The notes beneath the pieces were generated by a model. The model did not search any database. It was not told the DNA's origin and saw only the letters and a list, made by a program, of their open reading frames with translations. From Chthoniobacteraceae bacterium (lineage in GTDB: Bacteria; Verrucomicrobiota; Verrucomicrobiia; Chthoniobacterales; Chthoniobacteraceae): 37,048 bases of DNA. How positions within the stretch are numbered: the first letter of the stretch is position 1; each line of letters opens with the position of its first letter. The stretch spans positions 1 through 37,048 of the forward strand of contig JBEBGD010000051.1 in NCBI GenBank assembly GCA_040081625.1. The letters are read 5' to 3'. A program made the position numbers and the translations under genes. This document shows, piece by piece, positions 1-9,346 of this stretch.

Positions 1-2472
1 TTCAGCGCGAGCGTGAGCCGCGGCATCGGCGGTGCGGTGACGGTGATGGGCGGCGCTGCGGGCGACGGCAGCGGCACGGGGGCGGGTGGCGGAGGCGGTT
101 CGCTGCGCGACGCGATCGTCGCGGCGGGCGGCGCGGTCGGTTCCTTCGATGTGCGCGCGGGCGATGCGGGAGCCGGCGGCGGCACGGGCGCGGGCGGCGC
201 GGGCGGCGCCTTCGGTCCTGCGAAATTCAGCGCGGGCGCGGTGAATGGCCCGGTCTTCGTGCGATCCGGCGACGGCGGCAGCGGTTCGACGGGTGGCGCC
301 GCAGGTCTGCTCCTCGGCCTCACCGCCAAGGTGAAAGGCGACATCCTCGGCACAAACACGGTGACCGGCGGCGGCGGCGGTGATGCGACCGCGGGCGCAT
401 CGGGCGGCGGCGGCACGGTCACGGGCGTGAAGATCACGGCGGCGAACATCTTCGACGCGACGAACATCTCCTCCGGCGCTGGTGGCGACGTGACCGCCGG
501 CACCGGCGCGGGCGGCAATGGCGGCGACCTCACGCTGAGCAGCGTTGCAGCGAAGAGTTTTCTCGGCTCGGCCAACTTCGTGAGCGGCGGCGGTGGCGAC
601 GCGCGTGGCGGACTCGCCGGGCGCGCCGGCGATGTGCTGACGCTCGCGGTCTCGGCGCTCGAGGGCGGCGGCGACATCGGCTTCACGGGTGGCGTCGGCG
701 GTAGCGTGACGATCGGCACCGGCGATGCGGGGCGCGGTGCGAATCTCGACAGCGCGAAAGTCACCGTGAAGCGGCACACCGATGGTGCCGTCGATTTTAA
801 GGCAGGCGACGGTGGCAGCGCGGCCACTTCGGGCAATGGCGGAGCGGGCGGAGCGGCCAGCCACCTCACCCTCACGTCTCCGGTCGTGAATGGCGTCAGC
901 GTGACAGCGGGGAACGGCGGTCCCGGCGGTAGCGCGGCCGGCAACGGCGGCAGCGGCGGCTTGCTCGACACCACGGTGCTCACCGTCCTCAGCGTGCTCG
1001 ACGCCGACCTCTCCTACAACGCGGGCGCCGGCGGCGATGCGCCCGCGGGCGTCGCGGGCAATGGCGGCATCGCGCAGGGGCTCGTCGCGAAGATCGGCAC
1101 CGTCACCAATCGCGGCATCAGCGCGACCGGCGGCGCTGGCGGCGACGGCGCGACCGGCGGTAACGGCGGCGCGCTGCTCAAACCGGTCATCACCGTCGGA
1201 CCCCTCGCGCTCGTGGCCACCACGGCGTTCGCAGGCGGCGATGCGGGTGATGGGACGACTGGTCTGGGTGGAAGAGGCGGCGACCTCACCGGCGCCACCC
1301 TCACGAGCAGCGCCGTCCACCTCGGCGCGACCACAGCCTTCGCCGGGCGCGGCGGCGACTCCGCGAGCGCGGCTGCGGCGGGCGCGGGCGGCGCGGCGGG
1401 CGCACTCAGCTTCACTTTCAACGGCTCGCTCCAGGACCTCTTCTCCGCGGGCGGCGGTGGCGGCGGCGACAATACGAGCAACGGACCCGCCGGCGGGGGC
1501 GGCGCCCTCAACGTCGCGACGTTCACCTTGAACGGCAACGCGAGCACGGTCGCGTCGAACACCTTCGGCGGCGGCGCGGGCGGCGCGGGCAATACCGGCG
1601 CGGGCGGCGTGGGAGCCGATGTCTCCGGGCTGAAGCTCACCGACAAACACACCTACTCGACCTTCTCCGCCACTGCCGGCTCCGGCGGCGCGAGCACCGC
1701 GGCGGCGGGCGGCGCGGGCGGCAAAGTCTCCGGCGTCGCGCTCAGCGGCGCGACCTCCACGCTCAATTCTCTCGGCGGCGACGGCGGCGCAGGCGGCACG
1801 ATCGGCGGCGCGGGCGGCATCGTGGAAAATGTCAGCGGGAGGATGGACATCCTGCGCGTCGCGGGCGGCGACGGCGGCGATGGCACCACCGCCACCGGCA
1901 ACGGCGGCGGCGGCGGCGACGTGCGCGCGATCAAGGCGAGTGTCGCACGCTTCGCCCAGGTGCTGCGCGGCGGCGCGGGCGGCGATGGCGGCGCGGCCGG
2001 CATCGGCGGTCTCGGCGGCAGCGTGATCGACTCCATGATCACCGGCGACATCGGCAACCTCGCGAAGGCGCCCGACGCGCTCGGCAGCCAGTTCGGCATC
2101 GGCATCACGCAGATGGGCGGCCTCTTCGCCGGCGCGGGCGGCACGGGAGGCACCGCGGGCCTGGCCGGCAGCATCATCAACGTCACCGCCACGCGCATCG
2201 CCGCGATCCTCGCGGTGAACGACGGCACCCTCGCGAACAACCTCACCGTCGCGAACGCCGTCACCGCCATCAACAACGTGAAGGCGAACTTCTACGCCGC
2301 GGACAACGTCAACGCCGGCTTCTTCGACTTCATCGACAACGTCGGCACCGCCGGCTTCGTGCTCGGCGACGGCGACACCGCGCTCGACGGCCTCGTGATC
2401 GTGAAGACCGGCGGCCTCATCACGCCGCTCCTCCCCGCGCCGCCCACCGGCTTCGTCATCATCGTTCCGTAG
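1..2472 (+). CDS. Large Gly-rich repeat extracellular protein, 5'-truncated at the window edge
   Basis: Frame 1 is open from base 1 to TAG 2470-2472. Repeated (A/G)GxGGxG...GGxGG blocks alternate with short beta-strand-like segments. Non-repetitive C-terminus ...DGDTALDGLVIVKTGG. Confidence 0.85.
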   Translation, partial: FSASVSRGIGGAVTVMGGAAGDGSGTGAGGGGGSLRDAIVAAGGAVGSFDVRAGDAGAGGGTGAGGAGGAFGPAKFSAGAVNGPVFVRSGDGGSGSTGGAAGLLLGLTAKVKGDILGTNTVTGGGGGDATAGASGGGGTVTGVKITAANIFDATNISSGAGGDVTAGTGAGGNGGDLTLSSVAAKSFLGSANFVSGGGGDARGGLAGRAGDVLTLAVSALEGGGDIGFTGGVGGSVTIGTGDAGRGANLDSAKVTVKRHTDGAVDFKAGDGGSAATSGNGGAGGAASHLTLTSPVVNGVSVTAGNGGPGGSAAGNGGSGGLLDTTVLTVLSVLDADLSYNAGAGGDAPAGVAGNGGIAQGLVAKIGTVTNRGISATGGAGGDGATGGNGGALLKPVITVGPLALVATTAFAGGDAGDGTTGLGGRGGDLTGATLTSSAVHLGATTAFAGRGGDSASAAAAGAGGAAGALSFTFNGSLQDLFSAGGGGGGDNTSNGPAGGGGALNVATFTLNGNASTVASNTFGGGAGGAGNTGAGGVGADVSGLKLTDKHTYSTFSATAGSGGASTAAAGGAGGKVSGVALSGATSTLNSLGGDGGAGGTIGGAGGIVENVSGRMDILRVAGGDGGDGTTATGNGGGGGDVRAIKASVARFAQVLRGGAGGDGGAAGIGGLGGSVIDSMITGDIGNLAKAPDALGSQFGIGITQMGGLFAGAGGTGGTAGLAGSIINVTATRIAAILAVNDGTLANNLTVANAVTAINNVKANFYAADNVNAGFFDFIDNVGTAGFVLGDGDTALDGLVIVKTGGLITPLLPAPPTGFVIIVP

Positions 2473-2474
2473 AA

Positions 2475-3158
2475 GTGCGCGTCCACTCCCTCGAGCACGC
2501 GCCTGCCGAGGGCGCGGGGAAGATCCGCGAGTGGGCCGCGGCGCGCGGGCACCCGTTCGCCTCGACCCGCCTCGACCTCGGCCAGCCCTTGCCCGGCGAC
2601 GACGCGTTCGACCTCCTCGTCATCATGGGCGGCGCCATGAATATCTATCAGCACCGCGACCACCCGTGGCTCGTCGCGGAGAAGCAGTGCATCGCCCGCG
2701 CCATCGGGCAGGGGAAGGCGCTGCTCGGCGTGTGCCTCGGCGCGCAACTCCTCGCCGACGCCCTCGGCGCCCGTGTCTATCAAAACGACCACGAGGAAAT
2801 TGGCTGGCTCCCCGTGCGCTTCACCGATCGCGAGCCGCCCTTCGACGGATTCCCCGCGGAAGGCACCGTCTTCCACTGGCACGGCGACACCTTCGAGCTG
2901 CCCCAAGGCGCGCGCCACATCGCCGCCAGCGAAGGCTGCGCGAATCAAGCCTTCATCCACGGCGACCGCGTCGTCGGCCTCCAGTTTCACATCGAGCTCA
3001 CTTCCGCCGCCGCCGCTGCATTCTGTGAAGGCGCGGACCACCTCCTCATTCCGCAGCGCTTCGTCCAGGCCCGCGGCTTCATCGAGCAACTGCAACCCGA
3101 CCTGCGCGCGACCGACGCCGGGCTTTTCCGCCTTCTCGACCAGCTCGCCTCAATTTAA
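2475..3158 (+). CDS. Class I glutamine amidotransferase (GMP-synthase-like GATase1)
   Basis: Motifs IMGGAM, nucleophile GVCLGAQL, FHWHGDTF and LQFHIE (H-x-E). Confidence 0.9.
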   Translation: MRVHSLEHAPAEGAGKIREWAAARGHPFASTRLDLGQPLPGDDAFDLLVIMGGAMNIYQHRDHPWLVAEKQCIARAIGQGKALLGVCLGAQLLADALGARVYQNDHEEIGWLPVRFTDREPPFDGFPAEGTVFHWHGDTFELPQGARHIAASEGCANQAFIHGDRVVGLQFHIELTSAAAAAFCEGADHLLIPQRFVQARGFIEQLQPDLRATDAGLFRLLDQLASI

Positions 3159-3167
3159 GACCGACCC

Positions 3168-4448
3168 ATGCGACACTTCACCGCCGCCCTGCTCCTCGCC
3201 ATGCCTGTCCTCGCCGCCGATTATCCCGCGCCTGCGGATTTGCCCTTCCGCCCCTCGCTTCCCGACCCGCTCGTCGCGCGCGACGGCTCCGCCATCCTCA
3301 GCGCCGGGCAGTGGCTGCGGGCCCGCAGGCCCGAACTGCGCAGCCTCTTCGCGCACTACATGTATGGACGCCAGCCCGAGAGGCCCGCCCGTGTCGCACA
3401 CAAGCTCGTCGTCGAGGACAAGGCGGCGCTCGGTGGCGCGGCGACGCTTCGCGAGTTCGACGTGGACCTCGAGCTGGAGCGCCCGGTGCGTTTGTTAGTC
3501 ATCACCCCGAATGGCAAGCCCGGCCCGCAGCCCTGCTTCCTCGGCATCAACTTCAACGGCAACCACCAGGTGCTCGACCACCCCGGCATCGCGCTTCCCG
3601 CCGGCTGGGTGAAGCCGCGCAAGGACGGCACCGGCGGTAACACCGCCCGCAAGGAGGATCGCGGCCTCGAGACCGGGAAATGGAACGTCGCCCTCATCAT
3701 CGAGCGCGGCTACGCCTTCGCCGGCTTCTACCACGGCGACGTCGTCCCCGATGAAAAGGAACTCGCAGAGCCCGTGCTGCGAAAAATCGGCGGCGTGAAG
3801 GCGAAGCAGCGCGGCCCGGACGACACCGCCACCATCATGGCGTGGGCCTGGGGCTTCTCGCGGATGTTAGACACGCTCGAACAGGTGAAAGAGATCGACG
3901 CCAAGCGCGTCGCCACCGTCGGCCACTCGCGCAACGGCAAGACCGCGCTGGTCGCCGCCGCGTTCGACGAGCGCTTTGCCATGGCTATCCCGAGCCAGGC
4001 CGGCAGCGGCGGCACCGGCCCCTCGCGCGTCGCACCCGGGCTGGCGAAACCTAACGAAAAAGGCCGCCCCACGTCGGAAACCGTCGCCGTCATCACGAAA
4101 GCCTTCCCGCACTGGTTCGCCGGGAACTTCAGCCAGTTCGCCGACGCCCCCGCGCGGCTGCCTTTCGACCAGCACAGCCTGATCGCCCTCTGCGCCCCGC
4201 GCCCCGTGCTCCTCTCGAACGCGGTCGAGGACCTGTGGGCGAACCCCGACGGGCAGTTCAAGATGCTCCAAGCCGCCGACCCGGTCTATAAGCTGGTCAC
4301 CGGCGAGGGACTCGGCGCCGCCCGGATGCCCGAGACCGGCAAACTCCTCCCCAGCCGCCTCGGCTACTTCATCCGAGGCGGGATCCACTCGATGAACGCC
4401 GAAGACTGGGTGGCCTGGCTGGACTACGCGGACCGCTGGTTGCGGTAA
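3168..4448 (+). CDS. Secreted CE15-family glucuronoyl/acetyl-xylan esterase-like alpha/beta hydrolase
   Basis: Signal peptide MRHFTAALLLAMPVLA; AWAWG, GHSRNGK (CE15-type serine motif), FPHWF, PFDQH, APRP and EDLWANP motifs. Confidence 0.85.
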   Translation: MRHFTAALLLAMPVLAADYPAPADLPFRPSLPDPLVARDGSAILSAGQWLRARRPELRSLFAHYMYGRQPERPARVAHKLVVEDKAALGGAATLREFDVDLELERPVRLLVITPNGKPGPQPCFLGINFNGNHQVLDHPGIALPAGWVKPRKDGTGGNTARKEDRGLETGKWNVALIIERGYAFAGFYHGDVVPDEKELAEPVLRKIGGVKAKQRGPDDTATIMAWAWGFSRMLDTLEQVKEIDAKRVATVGHSRNGKTALVAAAFDERFAMAIPSQAGSGGTGPSRVAPGLAKPNEKGRPTSETVAVITKAFPHWFAGNFSQFADAPARLPFDQHSLIALCAPRPVLLSNAVEDLWANPDGQFKMLQAADPVYKLVTGEGLGAARMPETGKLLPSRLGYFIRGGIHSMNAEDWVAWLDYADRWLR

Positions 4449-4510
4449 GAGGTGGGGCAAGGGCGCGCGGAGGCGCCCAACAGAGTAAAACGTCCAAAAA
4501 AGAAGCCTCG

Positions 4511-4645
4511 AACAGGAGGATAAGAGCCCCGTCCAGTCGGACAAAAATCGTAAAAAGTCGCACCAAGAGCGAAAACAGGCGCGCCAAAGCGAAAAACAGT
4601 CACACCATGATTGAAAACAGCTGCACCAAAGCCAGGAACAGCGCC
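4511..4645. repeat. Degenerate 21-bp tandem repeat (about 6.5 units) between convergent genes
   Basis: AACAG at 4511, 4574, 4595, 4616 and 4637; variants TCCAG at 4532 and AAAAG at 4553. Exact 21-nt period, A-rich. Confidence 0.8.
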
Positions 4646-4692
4646 TGGTTTCGCCTTTGGTCCAACCGGAAAACGCTGTGATGCCGCTGGCG

Positions 4693-6627
4693 TTACGACT
4701 TAACCGACCCGTTCGCGGCGATCGTCAGGTAGGTGTAGCCTTGAAGCGCCTTTTCGTAGCTCGCAAGCAGCTTCATCCCGTCGCTCGGCTTGAGGCGGTC
4801 GCTCTTGATCGCCTCATCGACCTGCACTTTGACCGCCTTGGCCAGGTCGCCCTGGTCCCACTGGGTCATTCTCAAGACATCGGCGATCATACTCCCCCCG
4901 ATCGTCTCTTCGATATACCAGCCGCACTCTTCGTCGTCGTCGAGGAAGACGTGAGCCTCGTTCACGCGCCCGAAAAGGTTGTGGAGGTCGCCCATGATGT
5001 CCTGATAGGCACCCATTAGGAAGAAGCCGAGCAGGTAAGGCTCGCCGGGCTTGATGCGATGCAGCGAGAGCGTGTCCTTAACATCCTGGAGGTCGATGAA
5101 TTTGCTCACCTTGCCGTCGCTATCACACGTGATGTCCACGAGAGTGCCCTGCCGCTCGGGGAAAACGTCGAGGTGATGAATGGGCATCACCGGGAAGAGC
5201 TGGCCGAGCGCCCAGTGGTCGAGCAGGGACTGGAAGACGGAGAAGTTGCACACGTATTGGTCGCTGAGGGTGACCTCGAGGTCCTTGATTTCGTCCGGCA
5301 CGTATTTCATGCCCGCGCAGAAGTCCACGACAGCGCGGGCGACCTGCCAATAGACCGTCTCGATCTTGCCTTTGGTCTCGAGGTCCATCAAGCCGAGGTC
5401 GAACTTCTGCTGCGCCTGTTCCTTGTCGGACTGCGCATCGTGGAAGTTCTCCATCCGATTCTGCCGGGTGAGGGTGCGCTGCGTATCGAGGATCTCGTGG
5501 AGCAGCTTGTCGTGCTCCGGGCCCGCATTGACCTGAATGGGAGCGGACTCTTTCTCGATGGAACCGAAGGCTTCGACGACGAGAATCGAGTGGTGCGCGA
5601 CGATGGCGCGGCCGCTTTCGCTGACGATCGTCGGGTGCGCGACGCCTTCCGCATCGCAGACGTCGAGGATGTTATAGACGATGTCGCGGGCGTATTCGCG
5701 CAGGGAGTAATTGGTCGAGGAGTCGAAGGCGGTGCGGGAGCCGTCGTAGTCCACGCCGAGGCCGCCGCCGACATCGAGGTAGCCGAGCTCGTGACCCATC
5801 TGGTTGAGCTTGGCGTAGAAGCGCGCGGCTTCGCGCACCGCGCGCTTGAGCGTGGTAATGTCGGGGACTTGGGAGCCGACGTGGAAGTGGACGAGCTTGA
5901 GCGCGTGGGCGAGGCCGACTTTTTTCAGCGCATCGCTCGCGGCGACGAGTTCAGCGGTGCTCAGCCCGAACTTCGCATTCTCGCCGCCCGACTGCGCCCA
6001 CTTGCCCGAGCCTTTCGCCGAGAGTCGCACCCGGAGGCCGATCTGCGGCTCGACGCCGACTTCCTTCGACACGGCGAGGATCTGGAAAAGCTCCTCGAGC
6101 TTCTCGACGACGAGGATGACGCGCTTGCCGAGCTTGCAGCCGAGCAGCGCATTCTGGATGAAGAGCGCGTCCTTGTAGCCGTTGCAGATGATGAGCGACT
6201 CCGGGTCGCGATGAATCGCGAGGGCGGCGAGCAATTCCGGCTTCGACCCGGCCTCGAGCCCGACGTGAAACTGCCGGCCCGCATCGACGATCTCTTCCAC
6301 GACCTCGCGGAGCTGGTTGACCTTGATGGGGAAGACGCCGCGATACGGCGCCTTGTAGCCGAACTCGTGGATCGCGTCGGCAAACGCGCGACTGATCGTC
6401 TCGACGCGATGGCGCAGCAGGTCTTGAAAACGGAGGACCATCGGGAAGCCGAGGCCGTATTCCTTTTGCGCCTCCTCGATGACTTCCATGATGTCGATCG
6501 GCGTCTTTGCATCCTGAGTGGGCCGCACCTCGATGTTGCCCTTCGCGTTGATCGTGAAGTAGCCCAGGCCCCAGCGGTCTATGTTGTAAAGTGAGATGGC
6601 AGCGGGGATGTCCCACGGTTCTTGCAT
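4693..6627 (-). CDS. speA: Biosynthetic arginine decarboxylase
   Basis: PLP-lysine motif FPIKVNQ, GLEAGSKPEL, HFHVGSQ, DVGGGLGVDYDGS, DITCDSDGK, GAYQDIMGDLHNLFG; 644 aa. Confidence 0.96.
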   Translation of the reverse strand: MQEPWDIPAAISLYNIDRWGLGYFTINAKGNIEVRPTQDAKTPIDIMEVIEEAQKEYGLGFPMVLRFQDLLRHRVETISRAFADAIHEFGYKAPYRGVFPIKVNQLREVVEEIVDAGRQFHVGLEAGSKPELLAALAIHRDPESLIICNGYKDALFIQNALLGCKLGKRVILVVEKLEELFQILAVSKEVGVEPQIGLRVRLSAKGSGKWAQSGGENAKFGLSTAELVAASDALKKVGLAHALKLVHFHVGSQVPDITTLKRAVREAARFYAKLNQMGHELGYLDVGGGLGVDYDGSRTAFDSSTNYSLREYARDIVYNILDVCDAEGVAHPTIVSESGRAIVAHHSILVVEAFGSIEKESAPIQVNAGPEHDKLLHEILDTQRTLTRQNRMENFHDAQSDKEQAQQKFDLGLMDLETKGKIETVYWQVARAVVDFCAGMKYVPDEIKDLEVTLSDQYVCNFSVFQSLLDHWALGQLFPVMPIHHLDVFPERQGTLVDITCDSDGKVSKFIDLQDVKDTLSLHRIKPGEPYLLGFFLMGAYQDIMGDLHNLFGRVNEAHVFLDDDEECGWYIEETIGGSMIADVLRMTQWDQGDLAKAVKVQVDEAIKSDRLKPSDGMKLLASYEKALQGYTYLTIAANGSVKS

Positions 6628-6703
6628 CGTCTGCGCGCAGTAGTGGAACTGCCGGGCGAATGCAATGGGCAGGTTTGCAGAAAAAATTCGCGGCCCGCGC
6701 AGC

Positions 6704-6732
6704 TTGTCAGCTCAGCGCGCGCCGCGTAGCGT
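6704..6732 (+). promoter_or_regulatory. Putative sigma70 promoter TTGTCA-17-TAGCGT, 6 nt upstream of GTG 6739 (leaderless)
   Basis: Hexamers at 6704-6709 and 6727-6732; no Shine-Dalgarno sequence. Confidence 0.6.
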
Positions 6733-6738
6733 CGGCAC

Positions 6739-7224
6739 GTGGCCAAACCCGTCATCGAAGCACAAGTCCGCGCCGTCCTGCCGTTCAACAACGGCCGCGC
6801 CGTCTTCATCGGCAACGACGAAAAAGTGTTCGTGATCTACGTGGACGAGAGCGTCGGCGCGGCGATCTCGATGTTCATCAACAAGACGCCCAAGGAGCGC
6901 CCGCTCACGCACGATCTCATGGGCCACTTGATGAAAGCGCTCGGCGCGAAGGTCGATCGGGTGATCATCAACGACCTCAAGAGCGAAACGTATTTCGCCC
7001 GGCTCATCATCAGCGCGGAGAACGAGCTTTTTGAGAAGAAGCTCATCGAGTTGGACGGTCGGCCGAGCGATTGCCTGGCGCTGGCCATCCACCACGGCGC
7101 GCCGATCTACGTCAGCCGCGAGGTGTGGGATGAAGTCGAGGACCGCAGCGACGTGCTCAAGCAACTCGACGAAGCCCAGCCGCCGGAGACTGAAGGCGAA
7201 GGCGAAGGTGAAGACGAGGAATAA
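6739..7224 (+). CDS. Bifunctional nuclease family protein (DUF151)
   Basis: ERPLTHDL, YFARLI and DGRPSDCLALA motifs; acidic tail. Confidence 0.9.
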   Translation: MAKPVIEAQVRAVLPFNNGRAVFIGNDEKVFVIYVDESVGAAISMFINKTPKERPLTHDLMGHLMKALGAKVDRVIINDLKSETYFARLIISAENELFEKKLIELDGRPSDCLALAIHHGAPIYVSREVWDEVEDRSDVLKQLDEAQPPETEGEGEGEDEE

Positions 7225-7272
7225 CTAATCGCCTTCCCGCCGCCTCGCGGTGGCGCTAGAAAGCGCGCGCCC

Positions 7273-7956
7273 ATGACTTTCGCCCCGAACGACTACCTCG
7301 ATCTCAACCACACCGAGCACCGGATGCTCTTCGACAACGCGACCAACGCGTGGGACGCGCTCAGGCAGATCACGAGCTACCTCCAGTTCCGGCTCAAGCC
7401 GCAGATCCTCGCGCGGATGATCGGCAAGCCCTTCGTAAGCAACGCGGTTTATGTCGGCAAAGGCACGGTGATCGAGCAGGGCGCGATGATCAAAGGCCCG
7501 GCGTGGATCGGCGAAGGCTGCGAGATCCGCAACGGCGCCTACGTGCGCGAGAACGTGATCATCGGCTCCGGCTGCGTGATCGGGAACTCGTGCGAGTTCA
7601 AGAACTGCATCGTCTTCGACGAGGCGCAGGTGCCGCACTTCAACTACGTCGGCGACTCGATCGTCGGCTTCCGCGCGCACCTCGGCGCCGGCGTGATCCT
7701 TTCCAATGTGAAGCTCGACCGCGGCGAGATCACCGTGCCGCTGCCGGACGGCACGTTTGTGCCGACGGGATTGAAAAAGTTCGGCGCCGTCGTGGGCGAC
7801 TTCGCGGAGATCGGGTGCAACTCGGTGATCAATCCCGGCTCGCTCATCGGCCGCCGCAGCATCGTCTATCCCGGCACCGTCTGGCGCGGCGTGGTGCCGG
7901 CGGACTCCGTGGTCAAAACAAAGCAGACGCACGAGATTGTCGCGCGGCGGGACTAA
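7273..7956 (+). CDS. Left-handed beta-helix acyltransferase, GlmU C-terminal-like
   Basis: Hexapeptide repeats, GNSCEFKN, PHFNYVGDS, HLGAGVILSN, KFGAVVGD; no full nucleotidyltransferase domain. Confidence 0.85.
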   Translation: MTFAPNDYLDLNHTEHRMLFDNATNAWDALRQITSYLQFRLKPQILARMIGKPFVSNAVYVGKGTVIEQGAMIKGPAWIGEGCEIRNGAYVRENVIIGSGCVIGNSCEFKNCIVFDEAQVPHFNYVGDSIVGFRAHLGAGVILSNVKLDRGEITVPLPDGTFVPTGLKKFGAVVGDFAEIGCNSVINPGSLIGRRSIVYPGTVWRGVVPADSVVKTKQTHEIVARRD

Positions 7957-7998
7957 GCGCTTGCGCGCAGGCGCGACCTTTGGAACCGTCGCCCCCCA

Positions 7999-8811
7999 AT
8001 GGCCAGCCCCGTCGAGACATCCAACCCGCCCCCATCCGCTCCCGTCGAGCAGCACTTCGACCTGCTCGCGTTTTGGTATCTGCATAAGACCAAGATCATC
8101 GCGCTCGTCGCGCTGCTCGTGGTCGGCCTCGCAGGCTACTCGATCTACATGCTCAACGAGCGCCACGCGCGGGAGTCCGCGCAGAACGCGTTCGCCGGAG
8201 CGAAGACCGCCGACGACTTCCGCCGCGTCGCCGCGGAGCATCCGGGCCAAATCGCCGCGGCCAACGCCCAGCTCAAGCTCGCCGCGATGCTGCGCGACGA
8301 GGGCAAGCTCGACGAAGCGAACGCGACGCTGCGCGCCTTCGTCGAGAAATATCCCGCGCACCCGCTGCTCGCCGGCGCGTGGCTGAGCCTCGCGCAGAAC
8401 GCCGAAGCCGCAGGAAAGAACGACGAGGCGCTCACCGGGTTCCAGAAAGTGACGACGACCTTCCCCGGCAGCTTCACCGCGCCGCTCGCGCTGATCGGCC
8501 AGGCGCGCATCCAAAAAGCCAAGGGCCAGACCGACCAGGCCAAGCGCACCTACGAGCAAATCCTCGCGCAATATCAGAACACGCCGTTCCAAATGGAAGC
8601 CGTGCGCGCGCTCTCCGAGTTGAACAAACCCGAAGCCCCGCCAGTCGCGCCCGCACCGAAAGCCGCCGCCCCCGCGCCGGCGCCCACGGCACCCGCACCC
8701 GCAACGCCTGCGCCTGCCCTACCTGTTTCTGCGACGCCTGCGCCCGCAACGCCTGCACCTGCGGCACCAGTTTCCGCGACGCCTGCACCCGCACCGGCTC
8801 CGGCGAAATGA
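7999..8811 (+). CDS. Membrane-anchored tetratricopeptide repeat protein (YfgM-like) with Pro/Ala-rich tail
   Basis: N-terminal TM helix (IIALVALLVVGLAGYSIY), TPR-like helices (..KYPAHPL.., ..FPGSFTAP..) and PA-rich C-terminus. Confidence 0.8.
   Translation: MASPVETSNPPPSAPVEQHFDLLAFWYLHKTKIIALVALLVVGLAGYSIYMLNERHARESAQNAFAGAKTADDFRRVAAEHPGQIAAANAQLKLAAMLRDEGKLDEANATLRAFVEKYPAHPLLAGAWLSLAQNAEAAGKNDEALTGFQKVTTTFPGSFTAPLALIGQARIQKAKGQTDQAKRTYEQILAQYQNTPFQMEAVRALSELNKPEAPPVAPAPKAAAPAPAPTAPAPATPAPALPVSATPAPATPAPAAPVSATPAPAPAPAK
8650..8805 (+). repeat. Coding Pro-Ala-Thr repeats, including a roughly 45-bp duplication (PVSATPAPA x2)
   Basis: cctgtttctgcgacgcctgcgcccgca at 8722 and ccagtttccgcgacgcctgcacccgca at 8767. 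Confidence 0.75.
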
Positions 8812-9299
8812 ATCGACTCGCCGCGTCCGTCGTCGCCATCGCCATCGTCGCGACGCCCGTCTTCGCGCAGCAGGCGGCGCCGAAGCCCGTCTTTGAAGTC
8901 GCGCGAGTGAATCCCGGCAAGGGCGTAAAGACCCGCCAAATGCGAGTCGAGCATCTCGGCCGGGCGACCGTCGTGCAGGTCGGCCCCGCGGTGCTGACGC
9001 GCGTTCACCTTCGCGAAGTCGCCACCGGCACCGAGAAGCTGGCCGTGACCAGCGGCGCGAAGCCCGAGAAGCGCGACGTGCCCGTGCTCCGGCTGCGTTT
9101 CACAAAAGACGGCGCCAGGGCCATGAGCGAGCTTTCCCGCGCCGCGCAGGGCCAGCTCCTCGCCGTGATCATCGACGGCCAGATCGTCGCCATGCCGCAA
9201 GTCGAGCAGCCGATCACCGGCAGCGCCTGGACCGTGAGCGGCAACTTCACGACGGAGACCGCGAAGGCGCTCGCGGCAAAAGTGAACGCCTCGAAGTAA
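8808..9299 (+). CDS. Secreted stand-alone SecDF P1-head-like domain protein (163 aa)
   Basis: ATG 8808 overlaps the TPR gene stop (ATGA). Signal peptide MNRLAASVVAIAIVATPVFA; SecD P1-head pattern LRFTKDGARAM...LAVIIDGQIVAMP.V..PITG....SGNFT...AKALA. Confidence 0.8.
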   Translation: MNRLAASVVAIAIVATPVFAQQAAPKPVFEVARVNPGKGVKTRQMRVEHLGRATVVQVGPAVLTRVHLREVATGTEKLAVTSGAKPEKRDVPVLRLRFTKDGARAMSELSRAAQGQLLAVIIDGQIVAMPQVEQPITGSAWTVSGNFTTETAKALAAKVNASK

Positions 9300-9309
9300 C
9301 GCAGCGCGT

Positions 9310-9337
9310 TTGACGTGCCGGGCAACGGCCCTACGAT
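9310..9337 (+). promoter_or_regulatory. Putative promoter TTGACG-16-TACGAT, 9 nt upstream of the phosphomutase ATG
   Basis: Hexamers at 9310-9315 and 9332-9337. Confidence 0.55.
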
Positions 9338-9346
9338 GCGCGGCTC

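Noticed and set aside
1..2472. Mycobacterial PE_PGRS gene
   Set aside because: No PE domain is visible, the Gly runs are regularly interrupted by beta segments, and the surrounding genes do not look actinobacterial.
4511..4645. Possible mini-CRISPR array
   Set aside because: The period is only 21 nt with no repeat/spacer alternation, the units are degenerate along their whole length, and there are no cas genes.
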